Below, piece by piece: positions 51,351 through 61,788 of a DNA stretch of 64,000 nt; the first letter of the stretch is position 1, and each line of letters starts with the position of its first letter. Under the pieces are notes generated by a model. It did not search any database. It saw only the letters and a program-made list of their open reading frames with translations, and had not been told where the DNA came from. The stretch is from positions 124,001 to 188,000 of the forward strand of contig NZ_MWQY01000006.1 of the NCBI RefSeq assembly GCF_002087085.1. The letters run 5' to 3'. The position numbers and the translations under genes were made by a program.

Positions 51351-53279
51351 TCATACCAGCCGGCAGCGTTCAACCAGTCTGCTGAAAGCGTCTCTGACTC
51401 CCTCGGGCGGGGCCTCCTCGAGACGGTCAAGAAGATCGTAATACAGGTTCCAGGCCCGCCGTTCACGCTGCCACCGGTGCGCGAGCTCTCCCCGGGGCCC
51501 GCGTTTTCTCTTCAGAATCTCCGGGAGCCGACGGGCAGCCAGTTCAAGTACCTCTTTACGTGCCCCGGGACTCCCCTTGGAGGTATCCACAAGGTGCAGG
51601 GCAAGACGCAGACCTGCGGAGATGGCCGGAGCCGCACTGATAAAACAGCCGGTAAAGGGATCGACCATGGCCTTGGTCATTTTCTGTCCACCCTGCAGAA
51701 ACGACGCATAATCGGAAAAAACCAGGGTACGGACCAGGTCTCCCACATAGGAACCGGCTTTCCCGGCCGTTACCGCCTGGGATGCAAAGGCCTCCTTGTC
51801 GTGACGCATTATCAGCCCGGGCTGGTGCAGGTATCCCAGGCGGGGCGGTCCTTCGGCGGTAAAGGTGGACAGAATATATGCCTGATCCTCAGCACGGCCT
51901 ACAAAGCCCGGGGTAAAGGGGCGGTGCCGCCTGAGACTCTCCAGGAGAATCCCGTTGGTGCCCCCGGTAACGTGGAAACGCTCTATTGCCGAATCTGTTC
52001 CATCGGGCATGCCCTCTTCGCCATAGCGGGTCATCATCTCCGCCCTGGTGGAAACCGCCATGGGGCGCTGTTTGAAAAAGAAGAGATCCTCTCCCGTGGG
52101 AGTCGACTCGGGCCACGGGATATCCGGCGTAAAAAGTCCCCGACGGATGTCTCCTTCATTGACCAGCGCCCCGGCTATCATGCCGAGTTCACACTCTTTT
52201 CCCTGAAAATCCCGCCCATACGCGCCCCACAGGGGCGAAGTGAAAAGCTCGAATGCCGATTTGCCGGTCTCGGCAATCAGTTCCTGCTGGGGAAAAACCT
52301 GATCCAGATCGATCTTGAAGGTACCCCGGATATCCGGGTCCAGCAACACCGACCACAGGGCGGGAAATGCTTTTAAAAAGCTGTAGTGCCTGCCATACTC
52401 TCCATCAACGCCGAAGACTTCCCGCAGCAGGAGCCGTTCTTCGTCCCCGTCAATACAGGGAGCCAGGATATTCAGAATTTCCGCCGTATCGTCCTCGGTA
52501 AAACCGAAAACCTCGAGACCTTCGAGACTTTTTTTCTCTTCTCCAGAAAGAACGGAGCTGAGCCACTCCCCTGCAAGGGGACGCAGATCCCGGTGGGTAA
52601 CGGATATCGAAAGCAGTACTTTTACATGAGAGGCGTCTGCCCCTGGACGCCGTTCCTTCTCCACACCATAGGCCCGGGCAAGTCCCTTTAAACCGTACAG
52701 AACCTCGTTGGATTCCGGAGATGTCCCAAGGGGAACCGGATGGTCGTACCAGTACTGCTGCGGCCCCTTTGCCGCATCCAGGGCTTTTTTACGAAGGGAA
52801 TTATCCGCCGGTACCGGATCTTTTCCGGGCACCGGTACTGTGAGCAGGACATTCGAGGTAAAGAGCATCTCCCTTTCCGGCCTGGTGATGGGAACTTCGG
52901 CGGGGCGCAGGACTTTGATCCGGCGACGTTTCCGCAGTTTGTCGATCTGCGCCCGAGGATCATCGTCCAGATAGAGGGCTTCCGGAAAGAAGACCTTCCA
53001 CAGCAGCCCGGGCCGTTCCTTTATTGAAGCGCCGGAACCCAGAAAACGGACAAGCTCCTCAATGTCCCTGGAGACGCTGCTCTCCTGTAACTGGAGAAAT
53101 TCATCCTCGATACAATCAACCAGCGTCAGAAATGGTTCGGTCAGCGTCTCCCTGGGGGCGGACCCGCTGAGAACCTCGAAAAAGTCATCCGCCCCTCGTG
53201 CGGCTTCGTCACCTCCCGTCTCCACTCCTTCAAGAAGTGCCGGAATCAGAAGAGAAAAAAGCTCTGCAGTTGTAAGCAT
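51351..53279 (-). CDS. Conserved-looking hypothetical protein (642 aa), possible GT-A fold
   Basis: Long ORF filling the gap; motifs GRHYSFLK, KIDLDQ, HVTGGTNG, GRAEDQAY, MRHDK. Confidence 0.8.
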   Translation of the reverse strand: MLTTAELFSLLIPALLEGVETGGDEAARGADDFFEVLSGSAPRETLTEPFLTLVDCIEDEFLQLQESSVSRDIEELVRFLGSGASIKERPGLLWKVFFPEALYLDDDPRAQIDKLRKRRRIKVLRPAEVPITRPEREMLFTSNVLLTVPVPGKDPVPADNSLRKKALDAAKGPQQYWYDHPVPLGTSPESNEVLYGLKGLARAYGVEKERRPGADASHVKVLLSISVTHRDLRPLAGEWLSSVLSGEEKKSLEGLEVFGFTEDDTAEILNILAPCIDGDEERLLLREVFGVDGEYGRHYSFLKAFPALWSVLLDPDIRGTFKIDLDQVFPQQELIAETGKSAFELFTSPLWGAYGRDFQGKECELGMIAGALVNEGDIRRGLFTPDIPWPESTPTGEDLFFFKQRPMAVSTRAEMMTRYGEEGMPDGTDSAIERFHVTGGTNGILLESLRRHRPFTPGFVGRAEDQAYILSTFTAEGPPRLGYLHQPGLIMRHDKEAFASQAVTAGKAGSYVGDLVRTLVFSDYASFLQGGQKMTKAMVDPFTGCFISAAPAISAGLRLALHLVDTSKGSPGARKEVLELAARRLPEILKRKRGPRGELAHRWQRERRAWNLYYDLLDRLEEAPPEGVRDAFSRLVERCRLV

Positions 53280-53547
53280 CAGCGATCCTTGTCTTATGCA
53301 GAATACTATCGAATTCTGCGGATAAATTGTCGGGCCATTTCAGGGTATAAGTATAAAGCCTGATCCAGACTCTTTCAAACAGATTACAGGTTTTCTCCAA
53401 AGCATGACCATCGGTGTGCCGGCACAGCGGGCTGCCCGACTGGAGACACCGGAATTATTCTCCCTCCCCCGGGGAGGGGGGGCGAGGCAGTTGATCAAAG
53501 GAGGGAATAGCACGTATTCTTTAGCGCAATCATAACATTTGGAGGTC

Positions 53548-53925
53548 ATGATGAAGCGAGTCGGTCTTTTGCTTATTACTCTTGTATTTGCAGTTTCCTG
53601 TACCACAGCAAGTTTTCAGGGAATGCAGATGACCCGGGAAACTCCGTCGTTCAACGTGGTGGGCGAGTTCGAAAGGACCCTGTCTCAGCACGGGATAATC
53701 GGCGGCTGGTCCGGCGGCAGTCTGATAAAACTTTCGGACAATGATGAACGGATCTTTTCCATAATTTCCGACGAGATTCAGAAGAAAGGCGGGGATGCCG
53801 CCATTGATGTAACCATCGAGTACGGCGCGGGTTTTCTGAATCTTCTGCTGAATGCAATCACTTTCAGCATCTACAATCCCGGAAAGATCGTTATCAAAGG
53901 GACAGTAATCAAATACACAAATTAG
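53548..53925 (+). CDS. Small hypothetical lipoprotein
   Basis: SD GGAGG; leader ending FAVSC; GGDAAIDV, IKGTVIK. Confidence 0.8.
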   Translation: MMKRVGLLLITLVFAVSCTTASFQGMQMTRETPSFNVVGEFERTLSQHGIIGGWSGGSLIKLSDNDERIFSIISDEIQKKGGDAAIDVTIEYGAGFLNLLLNAITFSIYNPGKIVIKGTVIKYTN

Positions 53926-53946
53926 AGCACCCCAACTCTTGAATTT

Positions 53947-53978
53947 AACCGGCAGCCGGAACTGCCGGTTTTCTTTTC
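53947..53978 (+). terminator. Rho-independent terminator
   Basis: AACCGGCAG-N6-CTGCCGGTT followed by TTCTTTTC. Confidence 0.75.
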
Positions 53979-54023
53979 TTCCGACTATTGGCAGCCCCCT
54001 CTTTTTCCTGTACAAAGCGGAAT

Positions 54024-55205
54024 ATGAGCAGTCCGGATAAACGATTCCTTATTTACCCTGCGGCCTTTATGGTGAACGGCGGCATAACCATGCTGAATTT
54101 CAGCGTAATCTTTTTTATGCGCAGAACCTACGGTACATCCCCCGCACTGGTGGGATGGATGTCCGCATTCTGGGCCTTTGCATATCTGATCGGATGTATC
54201 GGTCTGGGGGGCATAAGCCGCCGGCTCTCCTACCGTCGGGCCCTGCCTCTTGCGACCTCGGTAATGGGGATCTCCACCCTCCTGATCCTGATCATTCCCT
54301 GGGAGATTTCCGCCCTCTTCTGGTATATGCTTTTCGGCCTTATTACCGCCCTTCACTGGCCCCCTCTTATGGGCTGGCTCTCCGAAGGTCTCGAAGGACG
54401 GGACCTGAGCCGGGCGGTGGGGGGGTTCAATCTTGCCTGGAGTACAGGAGCCGGGGCAGGACCCTTTATTGCCGGACTTCTGATTGAACAGAGCCTGCGG
54501 CTCCCCCTTTTGGTCATTGCCCTGCTGTACGGTTTTGTGGCAGTACTCTACATCACCACCTTCAGTCTCTCCCGGCGCAGGAAAAGCAGGATCGCCGATC
54601 TGCCTGAAATTGACCTGCCGAAAATCAAGGACCAGAGCTCGCCCCTCCGTTATGCCGGCTGGATAGGCGTCTCTTCCTCTTACACCCTTCTGGGAGCGCT
54701 TATGTTCATCTTTCCCATGTATGCCGAGGATGTCCTTGGATATGCTGAAAGCTTTACGGGGCTTCTTCTTTTTCTGCGGGGAGCTGTTACCGTGGCAGGT
54801 TTTTACCTGGCCGGAAAGACCATCTTCTGGCACCATAATCCGCTGCAGATAAGTATAAGCCAGCTGCTCCTCGGGGCATGCGCCCTGCTACTCGCCTTCG
54901 CCTTCAGACCGGGAACGTATCTTACGCTGTATATTTTCTTCGGACTGATCTTCGCACTGCAGTACGCCACCAGTATCTTCCACGGGGTTTCCGGTGCCCT
55001 GAACCGGGAACAGCGCATGGCCATTCATGAGGGATCCCTTACCTTCGGAGTGGTGCTGGGCTCCGCAGGGGGAGGGCTTCTATACCAGTGGTTTTCCTTC
55101 CGGTCCGTAATGGTGATGATCGCCCTGGCGGTTGCGGCGGCTTCTTTCGCACAGGTCCTGAGTTACCGGAAGCTTTCCAGGAGCACAAAAAAGGCCGCTT
55201 CCTGA
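54024..55205 (+). CDS. MFS transporter
   Basis: ~12 TM; GGISRRLSYRR (motif A-like), GPFIAGLL. Confidence 0.85.
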   Translation: MSSPDKRFLIYPAAFMVNGGITMLNFSVIFFMRRTYGTSPALVGWMSAFWAFAYLIGCIGLGGISRRLSYRRALPLATSVMGISTLLILIIPWEISALFWYMLFGLITALHWPPLMGWLSEGLEGRDLSRAVGGFNLAWSTGAGAGPFIAGLLIEQSLRLPLLVIALLYGFVAVLYITTFSLSRRRKSRIADLPEIDLPKIKDQSSPLRYAGWIGVSSSYTLLGALMFIFPMYAEDVLGYAESFTGLLLFLRGAVTVAGFYLAGKTIFWHHNPLQISISQLLLGACALLLAFAFRPGTYLTLYIFFGLIFALQYATSIFHGVSGALNREQRMAIHEGSLTFGVVLGSAGGGLLYQWFSFRSVMVMIALAVAAASFAQVLSYRKLSRSTKKAAS

Positions 55206-55225
55206 TAATTCTCAGGAAACGGCCT
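55186..55225 (-). terminator. groL terminator (overlaps the MFS 3' end)
   Basis: Stem AGGCCG(c)TTCCTGA / TCAGGAA(a)CGGCCT, followed by a T-tract on the minus strand. Confidence 0.7.
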
Positions 55226-55249
55226 CGATTACTCAATGCACAGAATTCT

Positions 55250-57162
<1,913 letters not shown>

Positions 57163-57234
57163 TGTGTTTCTCCATGCTTGTAAGAAGATTTAACCTCTTC
57201 ACCGAAGAGGGCTCAGTAATTCTATATGTCTTAA

Positions 57235-57251
57235 AGCAAAAAACGTGCCAA
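57235..57251 (-). promoter_or_regulatory. Sigma-54 (-24/-12) promoter of groES-groL
   Basis: Minus strand TTGGCACG-TTTT-TTGCT, matching YTGGCACGN4TTGCW, 72 nt upstream of the groES ATG. Confidence 0.8.
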
Positions 57252-57396
57252 CACGGCATTTTTTTATAATTACCTGCATAATATATAATTATTCGTCGTC
57301 TTTGTCATCAGTTTTTAAAGAAAATATCCCGGGACAGGACAATGTGACACAGGTACGTTTTTTTTCCGTAAAAAGTGTATCAAATTTACTCAGCAG

Positions 57397-57430
57397 TTCT
57401 CCGGAGAAGGATCGTTCCTCCTCCGGAGAA
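57397..57430 (-). terminator. Hairpin downstream of ferritin
   Basis: TTCTCCGGAGAAGGA-tcgt-TCCTCCTCCGGAGAA; no clear U-tract. Confidence 0.45.
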
Positions 57431-57438
57431 GCTTCTTC

Positions 57439-57975
57439 TTAGTCTTCCGCTCCCAGAGGTCCGACAAAACTGGTGGGAATAGTCACAGCCCGGGATTTCA
57501 GTTCCCTGTCGACCATATACAGCCCCGGTCCCTTTGCGCCGGCGGAGATCTCCATCCGGGTAATCATGTCCGAAGCATTCTTTTCTTCCTCGACCTGTTC
57601 GCTCACGTACCACTGCAGGAAGATCCGGCTGGCATAATCCTTCTCATCCTCCGCCAGGGCCACCAGTGAATGTATCGAAGCGGTAACCTTCTTTTCGTGT
57701 TCCAGTGTCTCCTTGAGAACATCCATGGGAGAATCCCAGTTCTCCTGAGGTTTATCAATGGCAAGAAGTACGGGTTTGCTGCCCTGGTCGAAGAGGTACT
57801 CGTAAATTTTCATTGCATGGAACATCTCTTCGTGATACTGAACCATGAACCAGTGGGCAAACCCCTCGAGTCCCTGATCATTGCACCAGGCGGACATAGC
57901 CATGTACAGATACCCCGAGTACATCTCCTTGTTTATCTGCTCATTCAAAGCCTTGCTCATTTTTTCCGAAATCAT
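57439..57975 (-). CDS. ftnA: Non-heme ferritin
   Basis: LNEQINKEMYSGYLY, EEMFHA, HEKKVT, FLQWYVSEQVEEE. Confidence 0.93.
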   Translation of the reverse strand: MISEKMSKALNEQINKEMYSGYLYMAMSAWCNDQGLEGFAHWFMVQYHEEMFHAMKIYEYLFDQGSKPVLLAIDKPQENWDSPMDVLKETLEHEKKVTASIHSLVALAEDEKDYASRIFLQWYVSEQVEEEKNASDMITRMEISAGAKGPGLYMVDRELKSRAVTIPTSFVGPLGAED

Positions 57976-58066
57976 CTGTGTCTCCTTATTCTGAGAATGC
58001 TAATACTGATATGAAAAAATACTCAGGCACAGGGCTGAGGTAAAGATTTTTCAGGAACTGTTATTG

Positions 58067-58218
58067 AGGACACCGCTAAAAACTACTCTATTTCACCATA
58101 TCCTGCGTCGTCAGGATTTCCCGCGGTCCTCAACTCTTGTTACCACAAGAGTTTGCGGGCGCTAAAAAATCTTTCCTCCTTGACTATGGAAAAAATACCA
58201 CGTTCTTAGAGCTGCCCT
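58067..58218 (+). mobile_element. MITE-like palindromic element (152 bp)
   Basis: Imperfect 17-bp terminal inverted repeats AGGACACCGCTAAAAAC / GTTCTTAGAGCTGCCCT (13/17); central 9-bp hairpin 58132-58153; related copy at 32135-32254. Confidence 0.7.
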
Positions 58219-58751
58219 TGATTTCTTATCGAGAAGGATCTGCCCAGCACCTTCCAGAGATCCGCCAGAATGGAATTCCCGGCACTGTTGATACCCGCAT
58301 CAAGCAGCACGTCATCCCGGTTACGGCTAAGCCATCGATAAATCCTCGCCGCACCGTCCCGGGGGGAGGTTCCGGCCTTGGCGACGCCTACCAGACCGAG
58401 CATCTCACCCTCGTCAAAGGTTTTGCGAACCTGTCCGAGATCAAGGATGAAACTGCGGCCGAAGGCCCCCCGTTCTATGCTGACACCGCCTTCCTGTACC
58501 GAGGGATTCTCCTGCTTCTTCTGTTGTGTAGCGGGAGGGTTCCGGCGATCCTGTTCCGCCTCCCGGTTGAGCTTTTCCACCCGCTGATTATAAATCAGGG
58601 TATTGGCCTGTTTAATCAGGAACAGCAGGCCGTCCCGGTCAATCTCCCTGATAAGTCCCCGCAGCTCCTTCATAAGCGGCTGCCGCGGATCGTCCTGAAC
58701 CGTTTTTCGGCCTTCTTTTCCGGTTTTCTTTTTCTGTTCCTTTCCAGCCAC
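58206..58751 (-). CDS. Hypothetical protein
   Basis: GTG start 6 nt after GGAGAGGGGG; GLLFLIKQANTLIYN...R.DVLLDAGI. Confidence 0.7.
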   Translation of the reverse strand: MAGKEQKKKTGKEGRKTVQDDPRQPLMKELRGLIREIDRDGLLFLIKQANTLIYNQRVEKLNREAEQDRRNPPATQQKKQENPSVQEGGVSIERGAFGRSFILDLGQVRKTFDEGEMLGLVGVAKAGTSPRDGAARIYRWLSRNRDDVLLDAGINSAGNSILADLWKVLGRSFSIRNQGQL

Positions 58752-60603
58752 TACATACCCCCTCTCCGTCATGGTGATTCTGCTCCCAGAGTACATGCAG
58801 CAGTTCGTCCGCAGTCATGGGTTTGTAATAATAATACCCCTGATGCTGATAACATCCATGCTTTTCCAGATACTCAACATGCTCAAGGTTCTGAACACCC
58901 TCCGCGACGACATCAAGGTCAAGGCTCTTTACCAGATTGATAATCCCCTTGACGATCTTGCGGTTATGTTCCTGGTCCAGACCGCTGATAAAGGTCTGAT
59001 CGATCTTGATTACATCCACCGGAAGTTTTGAGAGATAACTGAAGGAAGAAAATCCTGTACCGAAATCATCGATCATAAAGGTGAGACCCGGAAAACGGGT
59101 TTTAAGATCATTAATTCTCAGCGAGGCGTCCACGGGGTTGCGGATAAAAACACCTTCAGTCATCTCCAGCTTAAGACCCCGGGGATCCACCTTGTACTTC
59201 TCCAGGGCTTCCGCGACCTTGCTCTCGAAAAAGGGATCGTCGAACTGCCGGGGACTAATATTGACGCTTAAATACAGATTCGAGCAGCCATGGCGCTGAA
59301 GATGGCTCAGCATGTGGCAGGCCTTGAGCAGAACCATCGCACCAAGGGGTACGATAATGCCGGTTTCCTCCGCCAGGGTTATAAAATCACCGGGAAGAAC
59401 AAGACCCTCTCCCGGATGCACCCAGCGAACAAGAGCCTCGAATCCCACTATACCGTCTCCGTTCCGATGGATGGGCTGAAAATAGAGAGTAAGCTGGGAT
59501 GCACAGATAGCCGCCCGCAGCCCCTCCTCGAGATGCAGCCTGCGGGTTACCTCCCTGTTCATCTCGGGGGTAAAAAAACGGTAGGTGTTGCCCCGTTCCT
59601 TGGCCCGGTACATGGCAATGTCGGCATTGGATATAAGGAGAGAGATATCGCTGCCGTCATCGGGTATTATGGCAATGCCTATGCTGACCCCGAGACTGAT
59701 ATAGGGCAGATCGGGATTCTCCCGGATTGAATAGGGTCGGCGAATATCGTTGATGATCTTCAGAGCGACAACAGCGGCTTCCCGGGGATCGCGCAGGTGA
59801 GGCAGCAGAATGACGAACTCATCCCCCCCGAACCTGAACACCCCCTCCTTGCGGCGTTCCATCTCCAGGTTCTCCACCCGAAAAATCTGGTCGCTCTCCC
59901 TGAGGCAGTTATGAAGGCGGTGAGTGCATTCCACGAGAATGGAGTCCCCCACGTGGTGCCCCAGGGAATCGTTTACCTTCTTGAAACCGTCAAGGTCCAG
60001 AAAAAGCAGCGCCCCCTTCCGCTCTCCATAGCGGAGGGTCTCGTTCAGGTATTCAGTCAGATAGATATGAAAAAGGTCGCGGTTACCCAGATCAGTGAGT
60101 TTGTCATGATAGGCCAGGTAGCGGAGCTTTCTTTCGGTTTTTTTCCGTTCAGAGATATCCCGGATAATGCAGGGCATAATCCGGCCCTGATTGGTGGACA
60201 CGGAAACCCCGAAGGATATTTCCAGGGGAAGGATCTCATTCCCGGCTGTCTCCCCCAGAAGCTCCATATGGTTACTTATCCCACGTTTCTTCCGTTCTGC
60301 CAGGGAAAGCAGAAAATAACTGCGGATTCTATCCTCAACTCTCCGGAATTCTCCGGGTGGAAAAAGAGCCGCAAAGGAACGGCCGACAATCTTTTTGGGA
60401 GTGGTTTTGAAAATGCCATGTACCTGGGAGTTGGCGTAGACAATACGGAGGTCCTGAGAAACCTGGATTATCACATCAGAAGCTGTTTCCGCCAGGGCCT
60501 GATAGCGACTCTTCAGATCTTCAAGTTCCCTGCGATAGCGGCGGATCTTCTCACTCGGCAAGGAGGCCGGCTCCTCCGGTTTCGCAACCTGCTTTTGTAT
60601 CAT
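58639..60603 (-). CDS. PAS-GGDEF-EAL protein
   Basis: PAS (IIRDISERK), DKLTDLGNR, GGDEF, EAL, DDFGTGFSS, KIDQ, AEGV, QGY. Confidence 0.93.
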   Translation of the reverse strand: MIQKQVAKPEEPASLPSEKIRRYRRELEDLKSRYQALAETASDVIIQVSQDLRIVYANSQVHGIFKTTPKKIVGRSFAALFPPGEFRRVEDRIRSYFLLSLAERKKRGISNHMELLGETAGNEILPLEISFGVSVSTNQGRIMPCIIRDISERKKTERKLRYLAYHDKLTDLGNRDLFHIYLTEYLNETLRYGERKGALLFLDLDGFKKVNDSLGHHVGDSILVECTHRLHNCLRESDQIFRVENLEMERRKEGVFRFGGDEFVILLPHLRDPREAAVVALKIINDIRRPYSIRENPDLPYISLGVSIGIAIIPDDGSDISLLISNADIAMYRAKERGNTYRFFTPEMNREVTRRLHLEEGLRAAICASQLTLYFQPIHRNGDGIVGFEALVRWVHPGEGLVLPGDFITLAEETGIIVPLGAMVLLKACHMLSHLQRHGCSNLYLSVNISPRQFDDPFFESKVAEALEKYKVDPRGLKLEMTEGVFIRNPVDASLRINDLKTRFPGLTFMIDDFGTGFSSFSYLSKLPVDVIKIDQTFISGLDQEHNRKIVKGIINLVKSLDLDVVAEGVQNLEHVEYLEKHGCYQHQGYYYYKPMTADELLHVLWEQNHHDGEGVCSGWKGTEKENRKRRPKNGSGRSAAAAYEGAAGTYQGD

Positions 60604-60763
60604 GACATTTTCTCTCTGTCTTTACAGTATACACAATTCAGTGGAAAGCTGCAGTTTTTTTTCCGGAAGATGTTCTCACCAGGACCGGGGGATTTAAAGG
60701 AACCTCAGGTGGTTTTTCTTTTCCTTCCCTTCCGGGAATAGTACCTTGGTAGTGAGGCAGGGC

Positions 60764-61726
60764 ATGATTGAATTCAGAGACCCCGTGGCGGAGCATATAA
60801 AAGCCTTTATCCTCGATGAGACCGCCATGGAGATAGATAACCGGGATTATCCTTCCGATCCGGTGTGGCGGGAATACCGGGAAACCGGCAGCAGAGTCTG
60901 GCTTTACGGTAACGATACCTCCGCACAGGAGGTCTGGACCAGGGACATGGAAGCTGTATACCTCGATACCCCCCTGGTTATCGATGCATTCCGACAGGAT
61001 CACTTTACCGGGCTCACCCTGGAAGCCAACAGCGTCCTCAAGGGCCTTCCGGGGGACGAGCGAATCAAGGAGATCGCCTTCATAATAAACGCCCGCAACG
61101 CGGTGGCGACCTCAAAAAGGTTTGCCGCCCGGGTTTGTGTGGAAATTCCCCTCTTTTCCGACAGCGCATCGGAGATCAGCCAGTACGCCAGACGACTGTA
61201 CCAGGTATGCCCGGAACATCTCCTTCCGGCATTACCCTACAGTTCCGAAGGTATCACGGCTGCTGCTGAACTGCAGAAAGCAGGAATACCGATTATAGTT
61301 CGCACAGAATACAGCCCGCAGCAGGTAAAAAACTCGATCCTCCATGCCTCCCCGAATTATGTAGCCCTTGGGAACTTTCATGATACCCGGGAAGTCCCGA
61401 TGCCCTCAGCACAGGAGCTGCAATCCCTTTTTGACCACCTTGAAAAACCGGAAAAGACAACCCTGATTGCCTGCGGAATGGACAGCGAGGAAAAAATACG
61501 GCGATTCATGGGGTTCCCGATAATCGTGGCGACACCCGAGGCTGTCAGGAATTATCAAAAAAAACCGGTCGCCGGCAAGCAGGGCGTCCCTGCACCCGAA
61601 GCAGAAACCGCCTCCGGAACCCCGGGTATGCAGAACCGGAATGAGCTGCGGGATATCGCCCTTCAGTCCCGGAACGCCTATGATGAGCTTGTACTGATAA
61701 TTAGAAACGCCATTGACTCCAATTAA
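60764..61726 (+). CDS. Transaldolase-like protein with degenerate active site
   Basis: Segments VWLYGND, EIAFIINAR, VCVEIP, YARRLYQVCPE, LPYSSEGITAAAELQKAGIP follow transaldolase motif order. Confidence 0.6.
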   Translation: MIEFRDPVAEHIKAFILDETAMEIDNRDYPSDPVWREYRETGSRVWLYGNDTSAQEVWTRDMEAVYLDTPLVIDAFRQDHFTGLTLEANSVLKGLPGDERIKEIAFIINARNAVATSKRFAARVCVEIPLFSDSASEISQYARRLYQVCPEHLLPALPYSSEGITAAAELQKAGIPIIVRTEYSPQQVKNSILHASPNYVALGNFHDTREVPMPSAQELQSLFDHLEKPEKTTLIACGMDSEEKIRRFMGFPIIVATPEAVRNYQKKPVAGKQGVPAPEAETASGTPGMQNRNELRDIALQSRNAYDELVLIIRNAIDSN

Positions 61727-61788
61727 ACTAATAATTCTAAATACTTTACTATAAATGAAAATTAGATTATTATTCCCTGAATACGGAT

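Noticed and set aside
57986..58010. CIRCE or Fur box upstream of ferritin (TGAGAATGCTAA)
   Set aside because: Only a half-site matches either consensus
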